Shown here piece after piece: positions 32,801 to 49,667 of a DNA stretch of 64,000 nt. The notes beneath the pieces are model-generated. The model made no database searches and was not told where the DNA came from. It was given only the letters and a program-made list of their open reading frames with translations. The stretch's first letter is position 1. Each line of letters starts with the position of its first letter. The DNA is from the human T2T-CHM13v2.0 reference genome, Homo sapiens. The stretch lies in the NCBI RefSeq assembly GCF_009914755.1, contig NC_060937.1. The stretch is one strand, 5' to 3'. Made by a program: the position numbers and the translations under genes.

Positions 32801-35800
32801 ATATATTATATACTGTACATAAAATATGTAGGTTCATCAAATATATTTTATATTCTGTACATAATATATCAAAGTACATCAAATATATATTATATACGGT
32901 ACATAAAATATCAAATTACCCAAAATATGCATTATTTACTGTACATAAAATATGAAAGTAACCAAACATTTATAATAAACTGTACATAAATTATCAAAGT
33001 ACTCAATCTACATATTATATACAGTATATAAAATATCAAAGTACACAAACTGTATATTATATACTGTACATAATATGTCAAAGTACCCAGAATATATAGC
33101 ATACTGTACATACAATATCAAAGTACCCAGAATGTATATTCTATACTGTACATAAAATATGATGGTACATCAAAGATATATTATATTCTGTACATAAAAT
33201 ATCAAAGTACACCAAATATATATTATATGCTGTACATAATATATTAAAGTTGCCCATGTATACATTTTATACTGTACATAAAATATGAAGGTACATCAAA
33301 TATATACTATATGCTGCACATAAAATATCAAAGTATCCAAAGTATGTATTATATACTGTACATAAAATATCAAAGTACCAAAAGTATATATTACCTACTG
33401 TAAATAAAATATGAAGGTACCTCAAATATATATTATATTCTGTACATGAAATATCAAAGTACACCAAGTATATACTATATACTCTACATAAAATATTAAA
33501 TTACCCAAAATATGTATTGTATTGTGTACATAAATTATGAAAGTAACCAAACATTTATAATAAACTGTACATAAAATATCAAAGTACTCAAACATTATAT
33601 TATATACTGTACATAAAGTATCAAAGTACCCAAACTGTGTAGTATATACTGTACATAAAATATCAAGGTACCCAAAATGTATATTGTAAACTGTAGATAA
33701 AATATCAAAGTACCCAAAATATATATTATATACTGTACATAAAATATGAAGGCACATCCAATATATATTATATTCTGTACATAAAATATCAAAGTACACC
33801 AAATGTATATTATATACTGTACATAAAATAAAAAACTACCCCAAATATATATTATATACTCTACATAAAATATCAAAGTACCCAAAATATATATTATACA
33901 CTGTACATAAAATATCAAAGTACCCATAGTATGTATTATATCCTGTACATAAAATATGAAGGTACATCAAATATATATTCTATTCTGCACATAAAATATC
34001 ATATTGCACCAAATATATATTGTATACTGTATATAAAATATGAAGGTACTTCAAATATATATTATATGCTGCACATAAAATATCAAAGTACCCAAAGTAT
34101 GCATTACATACTGTACATAAAATATCAAAGTACCCAAAGTGTATATTATATACTGTACATAAAATATGAAGGTTCATCAAATATATTTTATATTCTGCAC
34201 ATAATATATCAAAGTACAGCAAATATATATTATATACTGTACATAAAATAACAAAGTACCAAAAATATGTATTATATACTGTACATAAAATATGAAAGTA
34301 ACAAAATATTTATAATAAACTGTATATAAAATATCAAAGTACTCAAACTACATATTATATACAGTATATAAAATATCAAAATACCCAAACTGTATATTAT
34401 ATACTGTACATACTATATCAAAGTACCCGAATATATAGCATACTGTACATAAAATATCAAAGTACCCAAAATATATATTGTATACTGTACATAAAATATG
34501 AAGGTACATCTAAGATATATTATATTCTGTACATAAAATATCAAATTACACCAAATATATATTATATGCTGTACATAATATATTAAAGTCGACCAAATAT
34601 ATATTATATACTGTACATAAAATATGAAGATACATCAAATATATATTATATGCTGCACATAAAATATCAAAGTACCCAAAGTATGTATTATACACTGTAC
34701 ATAAAATATCAAAGTACCAAAAGTATATATTACATACTGTAAATAAAATATGAAGGTACCTCAAATATATATTATATTCTGTACATAAAATGTCAAAGTA
34801 CACCAAGTATATACTATATACTCTGCATAAAATATTAAATTACCCAAAATATGTATTGTATTGTGTACATAAAATATGAAAGTAACCAAACATTTATAAT
34901 AAACTGTACATAAAATATCAAAGTACTCAAACTGTATATTATATACTGTACATAAAGTATCAAAGTACCCAAACTGTGTAGTATATACTGTACATAAAAT
35001 ATCAAGGTACCCAAAATATATATTGTAAACTGTAGATAAAATATCAAAATACCCAAACTATATATTATATACTGTACATAAAATATGAAGGCACATCAAA
35101 TATATATTATATTCTGTACATGAAATATCAAAGTACACCAAATGTATATTATATACTGTACATAAAATATCAAAGTACCCAAAGTGTATATTATATACTG
35201 TACATAAAATATGAAGGTTCATCAAATATATTTTATATTCTGCACATAATATATCAAAGTACAGCAAATATATATTATATACTGTACATAAAATATCAAA
35301 GTACCCAAAATATGTATTATATACTGTACATAAAATATGAAAGTAACCAAACATTTATAATAAACTGTACATAAAGTAACAAAGTACTCAAACTACATAT
35401 TATATACAGTATATAAAATGCCAAAGTACCCAAACTGTATATTATATACTGTACATAATATATCAAAGTACCCGAATATATAGCATACTGTACATAAAAT
35501 ATCAAAGTACCCAAAGTGTGTATTATACACTGCACATAAAATATGAAGGTACATAAAATATATATTGTATTCTGTATATAAAATATCAAAGTACTCCAAA
35601 TATATATTATATGCTGTACATAATATATTAAAGTCGCCCAAATATATATTATATACTGTACATAAAATATGAAGGTACATCAAATATATATTATATGCTG
35701 CACATAAAATATCAAAGTACCCAAAGTATATATTATATACCGTACAAAAAATATCAAAGTAGCCAAAATATGTATTATACACTGTACATAATATATGAAA

Positions 35801-38800
35801 GTACCCAAACATTTATAATAAACTGTACATAAAATATCAATGTACTCAAACTATATATTATGTGCGCTACATAAGATATCAAAGTACCCATACTATATAG
35901 TATATACTGTACTTAAAATATCAAAATACCCAAAATATATATTATATACGTTACATAAACTATCAAATACACAAAGTATGTATCATATACTGTACATAAA
36001 ATAGCAAAGTTCCCAAAATATGTATTATATACTGTACATAAAATATGAAAGTACCCAACCATTTATAATAAAGTCTACATAAAATACCAAAGTACCCAAA
36101 CTGTGTATTATATACTGTCCATAAAATATCAAAGGACCCAAAATATATATCGTAAACTCTACATAAAATATCAAAGTAGCCAAAATACATATTGTATACT
36201 GTACATAAAATATAAAAGTACCCCAAATATATATTATATACTGTACATAAAATATCAAAGTACCCATAATACATATTATATACTGTACATAAAATATCAA
36301 AGGACCCAAAATAAACATTATATACTGTACATAAAATATCCAAATACTCAAAATATATATTACATACTGTACATAAAATATCAAAGTACCCAAATTATGT
36401 ATTATATACTGTACGTAAAATATCAGAGTACCCAAAATATGCATTATATACTGTACATAAAATATGAAAGTAACAAAACATTTATAATAAACTGTACATA
36501 AAATATCAAAGTACTCAAACTATATATCATATACTGTACATAAAATATCAAAGTACCCAAACTGTGTATTATTACATACTGTATATAAAATATCAAAGTA
36601 CCTGAAATATATATTTTATACTGTACATAAAATATCAAAGTACCCAAAATATATACTATATACTGTACATAAAATATGAAGGTACATCAAATATATATTA
36701 TATCCTGTACATAAAATATCAAAGTACTCCTATTATATATTGTGTACTGTACATAATATATTAAATCGCCCAAATATATATTGTATACTGTATATAAAAT
36801 ATGAAGGTACTTCAAATATATATTATATGCTGCACATAAAATATCAAAGTACCCAAAGTATGCATTACATACTGTACATAAAATATCAAAGTACACAAAT
36901 TATATATTATATTCTGTACACAAAATATGTAGGTTCATCAAATATATTTTATATTCTGTACATAATATATCAAAGTACATCAAATATATATTATATACGG
37001 TACATAAAATATCAAAGTACCCAAAATATGTACTATTTACTGTACATAAAATATGAAAGTAACCAAACTTTTATAATAAACTGTACATAAAATATCAAAG
37101 TACTCAATCTACATATTATATACAGTATATAAAATATCAAAGTACACAAACTGTATATTATATACTGTACATAATATATCAAAGTACCCAGAATATATAG
37201 CATACTGTACATACAATATCAAAGTACCCAGAATGTATATTGTATACTGTACATAAAATATGAAGGTACATCAAAGATATATTATATTCTGTACATAAAA
37301 TATCAAAGTACACCAAATATATATTATATGCTGTACATAATATATTAAAGTTGCCCATGTATACATTTTATACTGTACATAAAATATGAAGGTACATCAA
37401 ATATATAGTATATGCTGCACATAAAATATCAAAGTACCCAAAGTATGTATTATATACTGTACATAAAATATCAAAGTACCAAAAGTATATATTACCTACT
37501 GTAAATAAAATATGAAGATACCTCAAATATATATTATATTCTGTACATGAAATATCAAAGTACACCAAGTATATACTATATACTCTACATAAAATATTAA
37601 ATTACCCACAATATGTATTGTATTGTGTACATAAAATATGAAAGTAACCAAACATTTATAATAAACTGTACATAAAATATCAAAGTACTCAAACTTTATA
37701 TTATATACTGTACATAAAGTATCAAAGTACCCAAACTGTGTAGTATATACTGTACATAAAATATCAAGGTACCCAAAATGTATATTGTAAACTGTAGATA
37801 AAATATCAAAGTACCCAAAATATATATTATATACTGTACATAAAATATGAAGGCACATCCAATATATATTATATTCTGTACATAAAATATCAAAGTACAC
37901 CAAATGTATATTATATACTGTACATAAAATATAAAACTACCCCAAATATATCTTATATACTGTACATAAAATATCAAAGTACCCAAAATATATATTATAT
38001 ACTGTACATAATATATCAAAGTACCCATAGTATGTATTATATCCTGTACATAAAATATGAAAGTACGTCAAATATATATTCTATTCTGCACATAAAATAT
38101 CATATTGCACCAAATATATATTGTATACTGTATATAAAATATGAAGGTACTTCAAATATATATTATATGCTGAACATAAAATATCAAAGTACCCAAAGTA
38201 TGCATTATATACTGTACATAAAATATCAAAGTACCCAAAGTGTATATTATATACTGTACATAAAATATGAAGGTTCATCAAATATATTTTATATTCTGCA
38301 CATAATATATCAAAGTACAGCAAATATATATTATATACTGTACATAAAATAACAAAGTACCAAAAATATGTATTATATACTGTACATAAAATATGAAAGT
38401 AACCAAATATTTATAATAAACTGTATATAAAATATCAAAGTACTCAAACTACATATTATATACAGTATATAAAATATCAAAGTACCCAAACTATATATTA
38501 TATACTGTACATACTATAGCAAAGTACCCGAATATATAGCATACTGTACATAAAATATCAAATTACCCAAAATATATATTGTATACTGTACATAAAATAT
38601 GAAGGTACATCAAAGATATATTATATTCTGTACATAAAATATCAAAGTACACCAAATATATATTATATGCTGTACAGAATATATTAAAGTCGACCAAATG
38701 TATATTATATACTGTACATAAAATATGAAGGTACATCAAATATATATTATATGCTGCACATAAAATATCAAAGTACCCAAAGTATGTGTTATATACTGTA

Positions 38801-39560
38801 CATAAAATATCAAAGTACCCAAAGTATATATTATATACTGTACATAAAATATAAAATACCCCAAATATATATTATATGCTGTACATAAAATATCAAAGTA
38901 CACAAAATATGCATTATGTACTGTACATAAATTATCAAAGGACCCAAAATATATATTATATAGTGTACATAAAATATCAAAATACCCAAAATATACATTA
39001 TATACTGTACATAAAATACCAAAGTACCCAAAGTATATATTATATACTGTATAAAAAATATCAAAGTAGCCAAAATATGTATTATACACTGTACATAATA
39101 TATGAAAGTACCCAAACATTTATAATAAACTGTACATAAAATATCAATGTACTCAAACTATATATTATGTGCGGTACTTAAGATATCAAAGTACCCATAC
39201 TATATAGTATGTACTGTACTTAAAATATCAAAATACCCAAAATATATATTATATACGTTACATAAACTATCAAATACACAAAGTATGTATTACATACTGT
39301 ACATAAAATAGCAAAGTTCCCAAAATATGTATTATATACTGTACATAAAATATGAAAGTAACCAACCATTTATAATAAACTCTACATAAAATACCAAAGT
39401 ACCCAAACTGTGTATTATATACTCTCCATAAAATATCAAAGTACCCAAAATATATATTGTCAACTGTACATAAAATATCAAAGTAGCCAAAATATATATA
39501 GTATACCGTACATAAAATATAAAAGTACCCCAAATATGTATTATATACTGTACATAAAAT
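26890..39560 (+). repeat. ~12.7-kb block, copy 2 of ~9,600-21,900
   Basis: Shares private variants (TATAAGCTGC, GATGGTAC, AAGTATCC, TCTAAGAT, GTGCGCTAC, GCTGAAC) at constant offset. Confidence 0.85.
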
Positions 39561-39959
39561 ATCAAAGTACCCAAAGTATATATTATATACTGTACATAAA
39601 ATATAAAATACCCCAAATATATATTATATCCTGTACATAAAATATCAAAGTACCCAAAATATATATTGTAAACTGTACATAAAATATCAAAGTAGCCAAA
39701 ATATATATTGTATACTGTCCATAAAATATAAAAGTACCCCAAATATGTATTATATACTGTACATAAAATATCAAAGTACCGATAATACATATTATATACT
39801 GTACATAAAATATCAGAGGACCCAAAATAAACATTATATACTGTACATAAAATATCCAAATACTCACAATATATATTACATACTGTACATAAAATATCAA
39901 AGTACCCAAATTATGTATTATATACTGTACGTAAAATATCAGAGTACCCAAAATATGCA

Positions 39960-42900
39960 TTATATACTGTACATAAAATATGAAAGTAACAAAACATTTA
40001 TAATAAACTGTACATAAAATATCAAAGTACTCAAACTATATATCATATACTGTACATAAAATATCAAAGTACCCAAACTGTGTATTATTATATACTGTAT
40101 ATAAAATATCAAAGTACCTGAAATATATATTGTATACTGTACATAAAATATCAAAGTACCCAAAATATATACTATATACTGTACATAAAATATGAAGGTA
40201 CATCAAATATATATTATATCCTGTACATAAAATATCAAAGTACACCTATTATATATTGTGTACTGTACATAATATATTAAATCGCCCAAATATATATTGT
40301 ATACTGTATATAAAATATGAAGGTACTTCAAATATATATTATATGCTGCACATAAAATATCAAAGTACCCAAGGTATGCATTACATACTGTACATAAAAT
40401 ATCAAAGTACACATATTATATATTATATAATATACATAAAATATGAAGGTTCATCAAATATATATTATATTCTGTACATAATATATCAAAGTACATCAAA
40501 TATATATTATATACTGTACATAAAATATCAAAGTACCAAAAATATGTATTATATACTGTACATAAAATATGAAAGTAACCAAACATTTATAATAAACTGT
40601 ACATAAAATATCAAAGTACTCAGTCTACATATTATATACAGTATATAAAATATCAAAGTACACACACTGTATATTATATACTGTACATAATATATCAAAA
40701 TACCCAGAATATATAGCATACTGTACATAAAATATCAAAGTACCCAAAATATATATTGTATACTGTACATAAAATATGAAGGTACATCAAAGATATATTA
40801 TATTCTGTACATAAAATATCAAACTACACCAAATATATATTATATGCTGTACATAATATATTAAAGTTGCCCATATATACATTATATACTGTACTTAAAA
40901 TATGAACGTACATCAAATATATAGTATATGCTGCACATAAAATATCAAAGTACCCAAAGTATGTATTATACACTGTACATAAAATATCAAAGTACCAAAA
41001 GTATATATTACATACTGTAAATAAAATATGAAGGTACCTCAAATATATATTATATTCTGTACATAAAACATCAAAGTACACCAAGTATATACTATATACT
41101 CTGCATAAAATATTAAATTACCCAAAATATGTATTGCATTGTGTACATAAAATATGAAAGTAACCAAACATTTATAATAAACTGTACATAAAATTTCAAA
41201 GTACTCAAACTGTATATTATATACTGTACATAAAGTATCAAAGTACCCAAACTGTGTAGTATATACTGTACATAAAATATCAAGGTACCCAAAATATATA
41301 TTGTAAACTGTAGATAAAATATCAAAGTACCCAAAATATATATTATATACTGTACATAAAATATGAAGGCACATCCAATATATACTATATTCTGTACATA
41401 AAATATCAAAGTACACCAAATGTATATTATATACTGTACAAAAAATATCAAAGTACCCAAAGTGTATATTATATACTGTACATAAAATATGAAGGTTCAT
41501 CAAATATATTTTATATTCTGCACATAATATATCAAAGTACAGCAAATATATATTATATACTGTACATAAAATACCAAAGTACCCAAAATATGTATTATAT
41601 ACTGTACATAAAATATGAAAGTAACCAAACATTTATAATAAACTGTACATAAAGTATCAAAGTACTCAAACTACATATTATATACAGTATATAAAATGTC
41701 AAAGTACCCAAACTGTATATTATATACTGTACATAATATATCAAAGTACCCGAATATATAGCATACTGTACATAAAATATCAAGGTACCCAAAGTGTGTA
41801 TTATACACTGCACATAAAATATGAAGGTACATAAAATATATATTGTATTCTGTACATAAAATATCAAAGTACTCCAAATATATATTATATGCTGTACATA
41901 ATATATTATAGTCGCCCAAATATATATTATATACTGTACATAAAATATGAAGGTACATCAAATATATATTATATGCTGCACATAAAATATCAAAGTACCC
42001 AAAGTATGTGTTATATACTGTACATAAAATATCAAAGTACCCAATGTATATATTATATACTGTACATAAAATATAAAATACCCCAAATATATATTATATG
42101 CTATACATAAAATATCAAAGTACACAAAATATGTATTATATACTGTACATAAAATACCAAAGGACCCAAAATATATATTATATACTGTACATAAAATATC
42201 AAAATACCCAAAATATATATTATATACTGTACATAAAATACCAAAGTACCCAAAGTATATATTATATACCGTACAAAAAATATCAAAGTAGCCAAAATAT
42301 GTATTATACACTGTACATAATATATGAAAGTACCCAAACATTTATAATAAACTGTACATAAAATATCAATGTACTCAAACTATATATTATCTGCGGTACA
42401 TAAGATATCAAAGTACCCATACTATATAGTATATACTGTACTTAAAATATCAAAATACCCAAAATATATATTATATACGTTACATAAACTATCAAATACA
42501 CAAAGTATGTATTATATACTGTACATAAAATAGAAAAGTTCCCAAAATATGTATTATATATATTATAAATATGTACATAAAATATGAAAGTACCCAACCA
42601 TTTATAATAAACTCTACATAAAACACCAAAGTACCCAAACTGTGTATTATATACTGTCCATAAAATATCAAAGTACCCAAAATATATATTGTAAACTCTA
42701 CATAAAATATCAAAGTAGCCAAAATACATATTGTATACTGTACATAAAATATAAAAGTACCCCAAATATATATTATATACTGTACATAAAATATCAAAGT
42801 ACCCATAATACATATTATATACTGTACATAAAATATCAAAGGACCCAAAATAAACATTATATACTGTACATAAAATATCCAAATACTCAAAATATATATT

Positions 42901-45900
42901 ACATACTGTACATAAAATATCAAAGTACCCAAATTATGTACTATATACTGTACGTAAAATATCAGAGTACCCAAAATATGCATTATATACTGTACATAAA
43001 ATATGAAAGTAACAAAACATTTATAATAAACTGTACATAAAATATCAAAGTACTCAAACTATATATCATATACTGTACATAAAATATCAAAGTACCCAAA
43101 CTGTGTATTATTATATACTGTATATAAAATATCAAAGTACCTGAAATATATATTGTATACTGTACATAAAATATCAAAGTACCCAAAATATATACTATAT
43201 ACTGTACATAAAATATGAAGGTACATCAAATATATATTATATCCTGTACATAAAATAACAAAGTACACCTATTATATATTGTGTACTGTACATAATATAT
43301 TAAATCGCCCAAATATATATTGTATACTGTATATAAAATATGAAGGTACTTCAAATATATATTATATGCTGCACATAAAATATCAAAGTACCCAAGGTAT
43401 GCATTACATACTGTACATAAAATATCAAAGTACACAAATTATATATTATATACTGTACATAAAATATGTAGGTTCATCAAATATATTTTATATTCTGTAC
43501 ATAATATATCAAAGTACATCAAATATATATTATATACGGTACATAAAATATCAAATTACCCAAAATATATATTATTTACTGTACATAAAATATGAAAGTA
43601 ACCAAACATTTATAATAAACTGTACATAAATTATCAAAGTACTCAATCTACATATTATATACAGTATATAAAATATCAAAGTACACAAACTGTATATTAT
43701 ATACTGTACATAATATGTCAAAGTACCCAGAATATATAGCATACTGTACATACAATATCAAAGTACCCAAAATATATATTGTATACTGTACATAAAATAT
43801 GAAGGTACATCAAAGATATATTATATTCTGTACATAAAATATCAAAGTACACCAAATATATATTATATGCTGTACATAATATATTAAAGTTGCCCATGTA
43901 TACATTTTATACTGTACATAAAATATGAAGGTACATCAAATATATAGTATATGCTGCACATAAAATATCAAAGTACCCAAAGTATGTATTATATACTGTA
44001 CATAAAATATCAAAGTACCAAAAGTATATATTACCTACTGTAAATAAAATGTGAAGATACCTCAAATATATATTATATTCTGTACATGAAATATCAAAGT
44101 ACACCAAGTATATACTATATACTCTACATAAAATATTAAATTACCCAAAATATGTATTGTATTGTGTACATAAAATATGAAAATAACCAAACATTTATAA
44201 TAAACTGTACATAAAATATCAAAGTACTCAAACTTTATATTATATACTGTACATAAAGTATCAAAGTACCCAAACTGTGTAGTATATACTGTACATAAAA
44301 TATCAAGGTACCCAAAATGTATATTGTAAACTGTAGATAAAATATCAAAGTACCCAAAATATATATTATATACTGTACATAAAATATGAAGGCACATCCA
44401 ATATATATTATATTCTGTACATAAAATATCAAAGTACACCAAATGTATATTATATACTGTACATAAAATATAAAACTACCCCAAATATATCTTATATACT
44501 CTACATAAAATATCAAAGTACCCAAAATATATATTATATACTGTACATAATATATCAAAGTACCCATAGTATGTATTATATCCTGTACATAAAATATGAA
44601 AGTACGTCAAATATATATTCTATTCTGCACATAAAATATCATATTGCACCAAATATATATTGTATACTGTATATAAAATATGAAGGTACTTCAAATATAT
44701 ATTATATGCTGCACATAAAATATCAAAGTACCCAAAGTATGCATTATATACTGTACATAAAATATCAAAGTACCCAAAGTGTATATTATATACTGTACAT
44801 AAAATATGAAGGTTCATCAAATATATTTTATATTCTGCACATAATATATCAAAGTACAGCAAATATATATTATATACTGTACATAAAATAACAAAGTAAC
44901 AAAAATATGTATTATATACTGTACATAAAATATGAAAGTAACCAAATATTTATAATAAACTGTATATAAAATATCAAAGTACTCAAACTACATATTATAT
45001 ACAGTATATAAAATATCAAAGTACCCAAACTATATATTATATACTGTACATACTATATCAAAGTACCCGAATATAGAGCATACTGTACATAAAATATCAA
45101 ATTACCCAAAATATATATTGTATACTGTACATAAAATATGAAGGTACATCAAAGATATATTATATTCTGTACATAAAATATCAAAGTACACCAAATATAT
45201 ATTATATGCTGTACAGAATATATTAAAGTCGACCAAATGTATATTATATAGTGTACATAAAATATGAAGGTACATCAAATATATATTATATGCTGCACAT
45301 AAAATATCAAAGTCCCCAAAGTATGTATTATATACTGTACATAAAATATCAAAGTACCCAAAGTATATATTATATACTGTACATAAAATATAAAATACCC
45401 CAAATATATATTATATGCTGTACATAAAATATCAAAGTACACAAAATATGCATTATGTACTGTACATAAATTATCAAAGGACCCAAAATATATATTATAT
45501 AGTGTACATAAAATATCAAAATACCCAAAATATATATTATATACTGTACATAAAATACCAAAGTACCCAAAGTATATATTATATACTGTATAAAAAATAT
45601 CAAAGTAGCCAAAATATGTATTATACACTGTACATAATATATGAAAGTACCCAAACATTTATAATAAACTGTACATAAAATATCAATGTACTCAAATTAT
45701 ATATTATGTGCGGTACATAAGATATCAAAGTACCCATACTATATAGTATGTACTGTACTTAAAATATCAAAATACCCAAAATATATATTATATACGTTAC
45801 ATAAACTATCAAATACACAAAGTATGTATTACATACTGTACATAAAATAGCAAAGTTCCCAAAATATGTATTATATACTGTACATAAAATATGAAAGTAA

Positions 45901-46289
45901 CCAACCATTTATAATAAACTCTACATAAAATACCAAAGTACCCAAACTGTGTATTATATACTCTCCATAAAATATCAAAGTACCCAAAATATATATTGTC
46001 AACTGTACATAAAATATCAAAGTAGCCAAAATATATATAGTATACCATACATAAAATATAAAAGTACCCCAAATATGTATTATATACTGTACATAAAATA
46101 TCAAAGTACCGATAATACATATTATATAGTGTACATAAAATATCAGAGGACCCAAAATAAACATTATATACTGTACATAAAATATCCAAATACTCAAAAT
46201 ATATATTACATACTGTACATAAAATATCAAAGTACCCAAATTATGTATTATATACTGTACATAAAATATCAGAGTACCCAAAATATGCA
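39960..46289 (+). repeat. 6,330-bp A+B dimeric higher-order unit (3,023 + 3,307)
   Basis: Offsets 39960->46290, 40036->46366, 41039->47369, 41958->48288 and 57165->63495 all equal 6,330. Confidence 0.82.
42983..46289 (+). repeat. ~3,307-bp higher-order repeat unit, type B (A plus 294 bp = 7 monomers)
   Basis: Landmark spacings 42983->46290 and 59109->62416 are both 3,307 bp. The unit carries B-only variant monomers (AAACTACCCC, CCCATAGTATG, TCATATTGCACC). The 461-bp marker interval of type A becomes 755 bp. Confidence 0.85.
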
Positions 46290-49200
46290 TTATATACTGT
46301 ACATAAAATATGAAAGTAACAAAACATTTATAATAAACTGTACATAAAATATCAAAGTACTCAAACTATATATCATATACTGTACATAAAATATCAAAGT
46401 ACCCAAACTGTGTATTATTACATACTGTATATAAAATATCAAAGTACCTGAAATATATACTGTATACTGTACATAAAATATCAAAGTACCCAAAATATAT
46501 ACTATATACTGTACATAAAATATGAAGGTACATCAAATATATATTATATCCTGTACATAAAATATCAAAGTACACCTATTATATATTGTGTACTGTACAT
46601 AATATATTAAATCGCCCAAATATATATTGTATACTGTATATAAAATATGAAGGTACTTCAAATATATATTATATGCTGCACATAAAATATCAAAGTACCC
46701 AAAGTATGCATTACATACTGTACATAAAATATCAAAGTACACATATTATCTATTATATAATGTACATAAAATATGAAGGTTCATCAAATATATATTATAT
46801 TCTGTACATAATATATCAAAGTACATCAAATATATATTATATACTGTACATAAAATATCAAAGTACCAAAAATATGTATTATATACTGTACATAAAACAT
46901 GAAAGTAACCAAACATTTATAATAAACTGTACTTAAAATATCAAAGTACTCAATCTACATATTATATACAGTATATAAAATATCAAAGTACACAAACTGT
47001 ATATTATATACTGTACATAATATATCAAAGTACCCAGAATATATAGCATACTGTACTTAAAATATCAAAGTACCCAAAATATATATTGTATACTGTACAT
47101 AAAATATGAAGGTACATCAAAGATATATTATATTCTGTACATAAAATATCAAAGTACACCAAATATATATTATATGCTGTACATAATATATTAAAGTTGC
47201 CCATATATACATTATATACTGTACATAAAATATGAACGTACATCAAATATATAGTATATGCTGCACATAAAATATCAAAGTACCCAAAGTATGTATTATA
47301 CACTGTACATAAAATATCAAAGTACCAAAAGTATATATTACATACTGTAAATAAAATATGAAGGTACCTCAAATATATATTATATTCTGTACATAAAATA
47401 TCAAAGTACACCAAGTATATACTATATACTCTGCATAAAATATTAAATTACCCAAAATATGTATTGCATTGTGTACATAAAATATGAAAGTAACCAAACA
47501 TTTATAATAAACTGTACATAAAATATCAAAGTACTCAAACTGTATATTATATACTGTACATAAAGTATCAAAGTACCCAAACTGTGTAGTATATACTGTA
47601 CATAAAATATCAAGGTACCCAAAATATATATTGTAAACTGTAGATAAAATATCAAAGTACCCAAAATATATATTATATACTGTACATAAAATATGAAGGC
47701 ACATCCAATATATATTATATTCTGTACATAAAATATCAAAGTACACCAAATGTATATTATATACTGTACATAAAATATCAAAGTACCCAAAGTGTATATT
47801 ATATACTGTACATAAAATATGAAGATTCATCAAATATATTTTATATTCTGCACATAATATATCAAAGTACAGCAAATATATATTATATACTGTACATAAA
47901 ATATCAAAGTACCCAAAATATGTATTATATACTGTACATAAAATATGAAAGTAACCAAACATTTATAATAAACTGTACATAAAGTATCAAAGTACTCAAA
48001 CTACATATTATATACAGTATATAAAATGTCAAAGTACCCAAACTGTATATTATATACTGTACATAATATATCAAAGTACCTGAATATATAGCATACTGTA
48101 CATAAAATATCAAAGTACCCAAAGTGTGTATTATACACTGCACATAAAATATGAAGGTACATAAAATATATATTGTATTCTGTACATAAAATATCAAAGT
48201 ACTCCAAATATATATTATATGCTGTACATAATATATTAAAGTCGCCCAAATATATATTATATACTGTACATAAAATATGAAGGTACATCAAATATATATT
48301 ATATGCTGCACATAAAATATCAAAGTACCCAAAGTATGTGTTATATACTGTACATAAAATATCAAAGTACCCAAAGTATATATTATATACTGTACATAAA
48401 ATATAAAATACCCCAAATATATATTATATGCTGTACATAAAATATCAAAGTACACAAAATATGTATTATATACTGTACATAAAATACCAAAGGACCCAAA
48501 ATATATATTATATACTGTACATAAAATATCAAAATACCCAAAATATATATTATATACTGTACATAAAATACCAAAGTACCCAAAGTATATATTATATACC
48601 GTACAAAAAATATCAAAGTAGCCAAAATATGTATTATACACTGTACATAATATATGAAAGTACCCAAACATTTATAATAAACTGTACATAAAATATCAAT
48701 GTACTCAAACTATATATTATGTGCGGTACATAAGATATCAAATTACCCATACTATATAGTATATACTGCACTTAAAATATCAAAATACCCAAAATATATA
48801 TTATATACGTTACATAAACTATCAAATACACAAAGTATGTATTATATACTGTACATAAAATAGCAAAGTTCCCAAAATATGTATTATATACTGTACATAA
48901 AATATGAAAGTACCCAACCATTTATAATAAACTCTACATAAAATACCAAAGTACCCAAACTGTGTATTATATACTGTCCATAAAATATCAAAGGACCCAA
49001 AATATATATTGTAAACTGTACATAAAATATCAAAGTAGCCAAAATACATATTGTATACTGTACATAAAATATGAAAGTACCCCAAATATGTATTATATAC
49101 TGTACATAAAATATCAAAGTACCCATAATACATATTATATACTGTACATAAAATATCAAAGGACCCAAAATAAACATTATATACTGTACATAAAATATCC

Positions 49201-49302
49201 AAATACTCAAAATATATATTACGTACTGTACATAAAATATCAAAGTACCCAAATTATGTATTATATACTGTACGTAAAATACCAGAGTACCCAAAATATG
49301 CA
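46290..49302 (+). repeat. Intact ~3,013-bp higher-order repeat unit, type A (72 monomers)
   Basis: Once-per-unit markers (GTACCTGAAAT, ATCGCCC, GTGCGGTAC, AGTTCCC) recur at 3,013 bp. ORF landmarks: 46290->49303, 47025->50038, 21071->24084. Confidence 0.88.
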
Positions 49303-49667
49303 TTATATACTGTACATAAAATATGAAAGTAACAATACATTTATAATAAACTGTACATAAAATATCAAAGTACTCAAACTATATATCATATACTGTACAT
49401 AAAATATCAAAGTACCCAAACTGTGTATTATTATATACTGTATATAAAATATCAAAGTACCTGAAATATATACTGTATACTCTACATAAAATATCAAAGT
49501 ACCCAAAATATATACTATATACTGTACATAAAATATGAAGGTACATCAAATATATATTATATCCTGTACATAAAATATCAAAGTACACCTATTATATATT
49601 GTGTACTGTACATAATATATTAAATCGCCCAAATATATATTGTATACTGTATATAAAATATGAAGGT

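Larger units (their letters stand above)
39560..47874 (+). repeat. ~8.3-kb block duplicated at ~55,890-64,000 (offset 16,333, then 16,126)
   Basis: Landmarks 39960->56293 give 16,333. Landmarks 40824->56950, 45275->61401, 45809->61935 and 47369->63495 give 16,126. Confidence 0.82.

Noticed and set aside
46290-49302. Clean 378-bp 9-mer periodicity (3,013 is about 8 x 377)
   Set aside because: Diagnostic variant monomers are spaced 6-17 monomers apart rather than every 9. I could not confirm the 9-mer by eye, and an autocorrelation analysis would be needed.
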